Shown: piece after piece, positions 57,594 to 64,000 of the stretch
Position numbering within the stretch: position 1 is the stretch's first letter
Layout: each line of letters opens with the position of its first letter
Virus record (IMG/VR): IMGVR_UViG_3300043122_000207
Location: 1 to 64,000 of that record
Strand: one strand, 5' to 3'
Length of the DNA: 64,000 nucleotides
Source: a virus
The notes under the pieces: generated by a model
Database searches by the model: none
What the model was told of the DNA's origin: nothing
What the model saw: the letters and a program-made list of their open reading frames with translations, nothing else
Made by a program: the position numbers and the translations under genes

Positions 57594-58748
57594 ATGACAA
57601 TAGAGATAAACACAATTCAAGGTTTATTAGATATTAAAAACGATTTATCAGCTGATTACGTTTTAACCGACGATATAGATTTAAGTGGTTTAAGTAATTG
57701 GGAACCTATTTTTAATCATAAAGCAGCAACAGCTGAAGATGGGTTTTTTAAAGGAACACTTGATGGACAGGGTCACAAAATAATGAATTTGTCCGGGCAA
57801 TATATTTATGAAGAGGACATGTGGCGTGCTTATTTTGAAAAAAATAATTTAGAGGATTTTGAGAAAGTTAAAAACGATCTTAAAACTGGAGAATTTGCTG
57901 ATGATGAGCATTTATCTATATCTTTAGAAATGTTTTTTGATATGGTGGTCATGGGTATCTTAGGTGATAATGATACAGTCTCTCCTTTTTTATCACCAGA
58001 TACGGTGACACTTATAACAGACAATAATAATAATGATTATTTTTTAGACGATACTATAGGTGAAAGACCAACTGAAGCAAAAATTATATTTAACAGTTGG
58101 CCTCTGCAAGATGAGATGGAGGGTTATTTTGGTCAGTTTGATGCTGATGGTGATAGTGGTATCACATTGGAAACAGATGCTATTCTTACTTATTTTGAAG
58201 ACAATTATTCAAGATGTGAGATTATTTATACCTTGCCAGATGATCCAGCAGAGGACCCACAGATAACCAATTTTTCTGGTAACTTTGCACCGAATGGCAC
58301 TGATAGTATAGTGCCACCGAGAAGTTTATTTATGGGTTTATTAAATGCTGAAATTAAAAATTTAATTTTAGAGAATGTAGATATTGCTGGTTTAGATTCA
58401 TCTGGACCTGATATGTTAGGTAATCCAGAGGTAGATTTTGTAAGTGTATTGTCACACATGTCATGCAATAGCACTTTTAAAAATATCAAAATTACTGGTA
58501 CTGTTGCTGGAAAATGTTATGTTGCAGCTTTATCAGGTATAGGATATAAAAAAAATCAAGATGACAAGATATTAATAGATAATGTTGTTTTTGATGGAGA
58601 TATATTTTCCAGAAGTAATTTTGCTGGTTTTATCACAAATGTTATACCAGTTGATCAAAATGTAACTCTTGATGTTGATGATATCGAAATAAATGAAAGC
58701 TATGTGCAGGGTAGGTTTACTATTTTAGAACAGCCAGTAGCAGTATAA
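57594..58748 (+). CDS. GLUG/beta-helix-like protein, N-terminal part
   Basis: DLSADYVLTDDIDLSG..NWEPI...FKGTLDGQGHKIMNL; IKNLILENVDI; paralogous to 47105..48187. Confidence 0.65.
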   Translation: MTIEINTIQGLLDIKNDLSADYVLTDDIDLSGLSNWEPIFNHKAATAEDGFFKGTLDGQGHKIMNLSGQYIYEEDMWRAYFEKNNLEDFEKVKNDLKTGEFADDEHLSISLEMFFDMVVMGILGDNDTVSPFLSPDTVTLITDNNNNDYFLDDTIGERPTEAKIIFNSWPLQDEMEGYFGQFDADGDSGITLETDAILTYFEDNYSRCEIIYTLPDDPAEDPQITNFSGNFAPNGTDSIVPPRSLFMGLLNAEIKNLILENVDIAGLDSSGPDMLGNPEVDFVSVLSHMSCNSTFKNIKITGTVAGKCYVAALSGIGYKKNQDDKILIDNVVFDGDIFSRSNFAGFITNVIPVDQNVTLDVDDIEINESYVQGRFTILEQPVAV

Positions 58749-58774
58749 TTTTAATAACTGAGAGGTGAATAAAA

Positions 58775-59506
58775 ATGATAATTGATTTCCCAATAGATAC
58801 ATTTGCTATAGATACTGGATTAAATGATTTTGTGGCTGGAATGACAATTGCTGGACCACAAACAAAAATAAGAAACTCGTATGTTTCTGTTAGGCTAATT
58901 AAACCCGATTTGGCTGGAGATGAATACTATGAAATGAGAGGACTCATTAGATCCAGTTTAGCAATAGGAGGACCATTGACCCATAGGTGTTATTACAATT
59001 CTGATTTATTTGGTCTTGTGGATACACAAGCTACACCTTTAACTAACGAGAGAATGAAGGACATGTTAAATTATGTTGAATGGGATTTTGAAAACACATG
59101 GGGTATGGATGATGGTGAACCTGAAGGGTATACTCCTGAAGAATTGAATTTTGATGGTTTCTACGATCTTTTGATGGGTAGTTTTTCTGAAACAGGTATG
59201 CTTCCACCTGGAGACGAGCAGGAAATAAAAGATATGATGGAAATGTCCATTGGATCTTTGATGATGATGCTTTTTATGGCTGGAATGGCTAATAATCCCA
59301 ATACACCTGATGCACCAGGTGATATCCCACCGGGTTTGTTATCTGGTGATGTTGTTAGTTTTAAATTGGATGGACAACCAATGGATTTAGAAAATCTTAC
59401 AGAAGAAGAGTTTATGAACATTGATCCAACAAAAAACGTAACAATTACAGTTAACGATTATTCGAAACTTCTGCAAAATTTTAAAAATATACCAGATATG
59501 ATTTGA
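58775..59506 (+). CDS. GLUG-type protein middle/C-terminal part with Met-rich segment
   Basis: IRNSY, YYNSD...TPLTNERMKD...WDFENTWGM; GAGGTG RBS. Confidence 0.55.
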   Translation: MIIDFPIDTFAIDTGLNDFVAGMTIAGPQTKIRNSYVSVRLIKPDLAGDEYYEMRGLIRSSLAIGGPLTHRCYYNSDLFGLVDTQATPLTNERMKDMLNYVEWDFENTWGMDDGEPEGYTPEELNFDGFYDLLMGSFSETGMLPPGDEQEIKDMMEMSIGSLMMMLFMAGMANNPNTPDAPGDIPPGLLSGDVVSFKLDGQPMDLENLTEEEFMNIDPTKNVTITVNDYSKLLQNFKNIPDMI

Positions 59507-59573
59507 CCAACAGACCCACCACTTGGTAGATAAGTGGTTTTGGTTTTTAATATAAAATCAGATAATATAAGAG

Positions 59574-59939
59574 GTGATAAAAATGGATTTAGAGATGATT
59601 ATTTCTATGTTAGAAGAAATATCTAATTTTATATCGTCAAGTGAAACTGAAGTGAATTTTGGAGATATAACTCAAGCAACTGACCCCACAACAGTACAGA
59701 TGCAACAGTATAAGTTTTATAAAAAATATCAAGGTATAAATAATGGGTATCCTTTTCTTAGAGTTTTTGATGGCTCCTCTCCAGTTATTGATCCAGAAGA
59801 TTCTACTGGTGATAATGGTGGTGGGTTACCTAATACCGGCAATTTAAGGGAGGTTATTGCACCTTTAATTTATGGTGATAGATATAGATATACTTTCCCT
59901 TATGTTAATTTACCTAGTGAATTTTTCACTAATAAATAA
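59574..59939 (+). CDS. Small protein carrying INNGYPFL motif (C-terminal cap of GLUG-type proteins)
   Basis: GINNGYPFLR; GAGGTG RBS before MDLEM. Confidence 0.5.
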   Translation: MIKMDLEMIISMLEEISNFISSSETEVNFGDITQATDPTTVQMQQYKFYKKYQGINNGYPFLRVFDGSSPVIDPEDSTGDNGGGLPNTGNLREVIAPLIYGDRYRYTFPYVNLPSEFFTNK

Positions 59940-59947
59940 TAAATAAA

Positions 59948-59967
59948 ACCCAGGGTTAACCCTGGGT
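59948..59967. terminator. Perfect 20-bp palindrome, bidirectional terminator
   Basis: acccagggttaaccctgggt flanked by A and T runs between convergent genes. Confidence 0.7.
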
Positions 59968-59973
59968 TATTTT

Positions 59974-60282
59974 TTATATAAAACCTTTTTTGGTTAATTT
60001 TTTAATTAAATCTTCGAGAGAAATTTTTCTTGATGCTTCTATACTTCCATTTTTAATCCACATCAAAGATTCCCCATTTTTTTTACCGTAAAAATAGACA
60101 GGTCCGATTCTATCAACATTGCAAAATTTACCAACACATGTTTTTGTACCAAATACTCTTTCTGGTGTCCCTAACTTTTCTTTTAACTTCTCAACTCCAC
60201 GACATAGTAGTAGTTTTTCTTTCCCCAATTTAACTATAACCATTGTCTCCACCCTTCTTATTCCTATTATTTTTATATACAC
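59974..60282 (-). CDS. Hypothetical basic protein (probable start MVIVK)
   Basis: ORF track; GGTGGAG before ATG. Confidence 0.5.
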   Translation of the reverse strand: MYIKIIGIRRVETMVIVKLGKEKLLLCRGVEKLKEKLGTPERVFGTKTCVGKFCNVDRIGPVYFYGKKNGESLMWIKNGSIEASRKISLEDLIKKLTKKGFI

Positions 60283-60311
60283 TTTAGTGTACTAAATATT
60301 TGTTGTGATGA

Positions 60312-61418
60312 TTAGACTATTTCACATTTATTCACAACTTTGTAAGATCTTGGTTTTATTTTAAATCCAGCGTATTCTCTTTTTGATAAACTATTATTTA
60401 ATAATAAAGTTTTATCACCTTTAGTGACAACATAAAGGTCTGAATCCAAATAGTTTAATTCATTTTTTTCTTCGCTGTTGTTTACCTTAATCAAAGGATC
60501 AATCCTTTTTTTGAGATTATAGTCGAAATAATCTTTCCAGAAAATAACAGCCGGTTCATTTTGAAAAAGTATGTACGCATAGGCTAATTCTTTATTCTCG
60601 ACTATATCCTTTGTGTACCCATTTTCGGTTCTACCTATATCGTGATTGGATACAAAGTTTATCATACCCGGATAACTCATACCATATATTTTTCTCATAT
60701 CAAATTCTGGGTTCATACACATTTCTTTTAATTTATAAAACATAGGGAAATTTAAAGTATCTATTTTAGTTTGGTTTCTAAAATCATCTATGTAGGTTAT
60801 ATCTCCATCCCATAATTCACCCATCGTAAAACAATCAAAATTTTCTTTCCATTCTTTAAGAAAGTCCCATCGTATGTCTTTGCAATTATCTATTCTGAAC
60901 CCATCGTATCCTATGTCTTTTTTCAACCATTCACACCATTTTATCAATCCATTTTTCATATATTCATTATCTGAATAATAACAGATCGTTTCACCGAATT
61001 CATTATTTGATCCACAATTCCCACAGTTATGGCAGAAATGCTTGTGGTTTTTTGGGAATCTCTTTTCAGTAAATCTGGTCCAAGTCTCTACTTGAACTCT
61101 TTCATCTGATAAAGATGGGTTTGGTTCTCTATCTCCACCAACCATATGACCCATAACAACATCAGCTAAAACTTCTATATCTTTTGATTGTAAATTGGAT
61201 ATTAAATTCTTTAGGTCTTTTTTTGTTCCGAATCTAGAATTTAAGTTGTAGTGTTCTTTAATGTCATATCCCATAGAATCATTACCATTCATTCCTCTTG
61301 ACGGTGGTGGCAACCATATTTTTTTAAAACCTTTTTTTGATAAGGCGTCAACTAAGGCATCTAATTCTTTATACCAGTCTTTATGACAATCCCAATAAAA
61401 CCCTTGTAGAATAACCAT
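60312..61418 (-). CDS. GH13 alpha-amylase
   Basis: LQGFYWD, WLPPPSRG...SMGYD, SRFGTK.DL, ADVVMGH, catalytic DGFRID / GELW / FVSNHD; no signal peptide. Confidence 0.92.
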   Translation of the reverse strand: MVILQGFYWDCHKDWYKELDALVDALSKKGFKKIWLPPPSRGMNGNDSMGYDIKEHYNLNSRFGTKKDLKNLISNLQSKDIEVLADVVMGHMVGGDREPNPSLSDERVQVETWTRFTEKRFPKNHKHFCHNCGNCGSNNEFGETICYYSDNEYMKNGLIKWCEWLKKDIGYDGFRIDNCKDIRWDFLKEWKENFDCFTMGELWDGDITYIDDFRNQTKIDTLNFPMFYKLKEMCMNPEFDMRKIYGMSYPGMINFVSNHDIGRTENGYTKDIVENKELAYAYILFQNEPAVIFWKDYFDYNLKKRIDPLIKVNNSEEKNELNYLDSDLYVVTKGDKTLLLNNSLSKREYAGFKIKPRSYKVVNKCEIV

Positions 61419-61505
61419 TTAATAAAACACAACCTTTATCTATATATTTCCTTTCATTAAGTTCTAAAAAATTGTTTAAATGGTGTTTCAAATGGTAAAT
61501 TAAAA

Positions 61506-61526
61506 GCGAGGGATTTTAACCCTCGC
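61506..61526. terminator. Terminator hairpin
   Basis: gcgaggg-attttaa-ccctcgc after 61536..62951. Confidence 0.65.
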
Positions 61527-61535
61527 ATAAATTAT

Positions 61536-62951
61536 TTACATTGCTTTTTTTAGTTCTTGTTTTAATGCTGGATCTTGCACACACATATTTAATACTGCTT
61601 TAGGTTGCATGTTAGTTTTAAGAATAAATTTCTGACCTTTAGGTAGTTCTCTTGAAAGGGTTCTTGCAAAACCTGATAAAGCAACACTAATAGATTGCAC
61701 AGGATCATAACCATTCTTTAATGCAACACCGACTATTTCTTGAATGATTGGTTTGATAATAGCAAAATCTTTTTTATCCAAAATAACAATTAAAGGTTCT
61801 GTTACTTTACCATTCATTAAATCAGCATCTTTTAATTTATATCTCTTACCTGAGTTTTTACCAATAGCAAAACCGTTTCTAGCTTCTTTAGCTTTAATCA
61901 TTCTAAGAAGTCTTGACATATTATTTTCCTTGATCATGGTTGTTCTTAAATCGTTGATGATATTGCTTTCAGCAATCAGTACCTCGTGGGCTTTGAATGC
62001 TCTGGCAGTTTCTTCACCAAGCAAATCAAAAGACTCCCTAATCATTTCTTCGTCCATTTCTGCTTCGTAATCTTCTGCTGCTGGTTCTTCTCCTTCTTCG
62101 TCATCGCCATACAGTTCATTAAAGCTATCTTCTAATTCTTCTGGTGGTGTTTCTTCCATATCATCCATTCTTTCTAAGAACTCTTTTTTCTTCATTAATC
62201 TTAATCTATCAAAAGCCACAGCAATAGCGACATAGACTATAGTATCTAACTTAGCTGACTGCATGATCACATCTTCACCAGCATCAATATTTGAATATGT
62301 ATCAATCACTCTTTCTTTTATAATGGAAATGTAATCCTTATCAGGGGTTACTTTATTATTAAAGGGATCTAAAGATTGGATTGCATCGAAAGTTGATTCA
62401 CCAATTGTTTCTGATTCGTCTACTTCATCTTCGAAACCCATTCCCTCTTCATCTTCTACATCTAATTCTTCTTCTAGTTCTTCTGCTTCTTCTTTATCCT
62501 TTTTGACTTTTTCTGCATCTTCTTTCATTTCTTTTTTAATTGTTTGGGAAATCTCTTCTTCTATGTCTGTATTCTCCATTTCACCTAATACATCTTCTAC
62601 TTCTTTTGGTGCCTCTTTGGTTTCTTCTTCATCTTTAGCCTCACCAATTAATTTAGAATAATGATCTGTTAAACCCTCAATGATACCACGAATATAGATT
62701 GTATTGAATTCGTTTGTCTGTTTTACTCTTTCATCGAATTCTTCAAAGGGAAGTATTTCATCAACAACCTCACCTATATGGTATTTGACATCTCTAGCAG
62801 GGATATCTGATAACTGTTCTTTTTGTTGATCTGGAATCGAGTTAAAGATAACCTCACCCATAACTGACTGATAAATCTTATCATAAGATTCATCTAACAT
62901 TTTTCCTTTTTTATTTAATAAAATTTGATCTTCAAAACTATTAAAGTACAT
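61536..62951 (-). CDS. Highly acidic hypothetical protein
   Basis: 471 aa with E/D-rich runs; no recognised catalytic motif. Confidence 0.6.
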   Translation of the reverse strand: MYFNSFEDQILLNKKGKMLDESYDKIYQSVMGEVIFNSIPDQQKEQLSDIPARDVKYHIGEVVDEILPFEEFDERVKQTNEFNTIYIRGIIEGLTDHYSKLIGEAKDEEETKEAPKEVEDVLGEMENTDIEEEISQTIKKEMKEDAEKVKKDKEEAEELEEELDVEDEEGMGFEDEVDESETIGESTFDAIQSLDPFNNKVTPDKDYISIIKERVIDTYSNIDAGEDVIMQSAKLDTIVYVAIAVAFDRLRLMKKKEFLERMDDMEETPPEELEDSFNELYGDDEEGEEPAAEDYEAEMDEEMIRESFDLLGEETARAFKAHEVLIAESNIINDLRTTMIKENNMSRLLRMIKAKEARNGFAIGKNSGKRYKLKDADLMNGKVTEPLIVILDKKDFAIIKPIIQEIVGVALKNGYDPVQSISVALSGFARTLSRELPKGQKFILKTNMQPKAVLNMCVQDPALKQELKKAM

Positions 62952-63282
62952 TATCTACACCTCTTTTTTTATTATAGTTATTAACATGATAGGATACAAA
63001 TTCTTTAGAATTTTCTTTTTCTAAAACTTCTTTAATATCCTTTTTATGATAGAAATTATTGGACAAGGAAAGAAGTGTTGAAAGTGTTCTTTCCCTATTC
63101 ACAAACTCACCAAATAAACGATTTATATCTTTAGCAGAAACTTCTATATCAGTTTTTTTTATTATCTCATTTGCTATATTCATTAAAAGCAGTTTGTCTT
63201 TTTCTTCTACTGTCGCAATCATTAAGCTCACCCTTTTTTTATAGTTTACCTTTAGACTCCACAACATAAGTTGAAAGAGCAT
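62941..63282 (-). CDS. Hypothetical protein (probable start MIATV)
   Basis: ORF overlapping neighbours; AAGGGTGAG before ATG. Confidence 0.5.
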   Translation of the reverse strand: MLFQLMLWSLKVNYKKRVSLMIATVEEKDKLLLMNIANEIIKKTDIEVSAKDINRLFGEFVNRERTLSTLLSLSNNFYHKKDIKEVLEKENSKEFVSYHVNNYNKKRGVDNVL

Positions 63283-64000
63283 TCACATTTTTAGATTTTT
63301 TTCCACCCAATAGTTTAGGGTTTATATTTTCTAAAATGGTTATGACTTCATCTGCATAGAAAACACTGTTGATATATTTAGCAGCTTTATCGATACATTT
63401 ATTTTTTCTTTTAGCTTTATCTTTTATATGTGAATACGATGTGTGGAACTTTAGTTTCTTTATGAATTTTTTAAAATGCTCAAACAGTTCCTTACCCTCT
63501 AAACCTTTCATTTCTATATATTTTCTAGAAAGTTTAAATTTATTATACACCATAGATTTCTTTATTGATTTTTCATAACAGTCATAAAGATAATCTTCTG
63601 AGTATAACACATCTATTTCTACTCTGGGATTATTGGAATAATATTTTTCTGTATAATTTTTAATTATTGAACTGTCATTTAATATTATTTTAAAAGCGTC
63701 ATCTTGTAATATATCCCAATGTACCTTTTCTATATTATCATTATCCTTTAAACCCAAAGCAGGAGCATTTTCTTTTTCTAAAATCTCATCAGGCAATGCT
63801 GCATCGAATGCTTTTTTTGGTTCTACATATATCCTTAAAACCAACATATGAGGGTATGTTACACATGTGTTTAATAATAGTTCATCTTCCTCATATAGTT
63901 TTTTAAATAACTTCTTTAAAGCATTTTTATTTGGGTTATAGAAATGTCCAGATTTAGTACCCCTAGGTCTTGAATCACTTACAGGTGTACCCGGGATAAC
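63239..64000 (-). CDS. rusA: RusA-like Holliday junction resolvase (5' end beyond window)
   Basis: Frame open to base 64000: IPGTPVSDSRPRG..GHFYNP...KDNDNIEKVHWDIL...ILNDSSI....KYYSNNPRVEIDV. Confidence 0.7.
   Translation of the reverse strand, partial: VIPGTPVSDSRPRGTKSGHFYNPNKNALKKLFKKLYEEDELLLNTCVTYPHMLVLRIYVEPKKAFDAALPDEILEKENAPALGLKDNDNIEKVHWDILQDDAFKIILNDSSIIKNYTEKYYSNNPRVEIDVLYSEDYLYDCYEKSIKKSMVYNKFKLSRKYIEMKGLEGKELFEHFKKFIKKLKFHTSYSHIKDKAKRKNKCIDKAAKYINSVFYADEVITILENINPKLLGGKKSKNVNALSTYVVESKGKL

Noticed and set aside
601-63578. Numerous short antisense or overlapping ORFs in the track (e.g. 601..789, 4293..4601, 7203..7517, 38914..39222, 61744..62070)
   Set aside because: Shadow frames of longer genes, without RBSs and with composition mirroring the sense strand
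1-64000. tRNA or rRNA genes
   Set aside because: No cloverleaf with T-loop/D-loop consensus or rRNA-like segment recognised by eye; a tRNAscan-SE run would confirm

Overview
AT-rich 64 kb segment of a lytic jumbo phage of the phiKZ/AR9-like type. The host is probably a low-GC Gram-positive bacterium (inference from Firmicutes-like RBSs, the dUTPase type and the SSB tail). Layout: (1) 1-14.5 kb, minus-strand virion/tail-appendage genes (RCC1-repeat, F5/8-type C and repeat proteins) with clear module shuffling and one internally deleted paralog remnant. (2) 14.5-20.5 kb, SbcD-like nuclease, DnaB-like helicase, and an Arg/Gly/Asp/Tyr-rich disordered protein next to a kinase-like Zn-ribbon protein. 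(3) 20.5-36 kb, an accessory region of small ORFs: HAD phosphatase, permuted NlpC/P60 peptidase, DUF1413-like protein, a catalytically degenerate tyrosine recombinase behind four direct repeats, two Tad2/DUF2829 anti-Thoeris-like fusions, dUTPase and a zincin. (4) 36.2-39.9 kb, a phage RNA polymerase beta' gene split by two group I introns. Their splice junctions can be derived from P1/P10 pairing; one carries a nonsense-truncated HNH homing endonuclease; the spliced product is one 926-aa chain. (5) 40.7-51.9 kb, baseplate/structural genes. (6) 52-64 kb, SSB-like protein, the N-terminal half of a split family B DNA polymerase, a GLUG-type protein apparently split over three ORFs, a GH13 alpha-amylase and a RusA-like resolvase. 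Two recurring upstream motifs (TTATATATTAT and AACA-N6-TR) look like early and late phage promoters. No tRNA, rRNA or CRISPR array was seen. All family assignments are from motif recognition by eye, not database searches.
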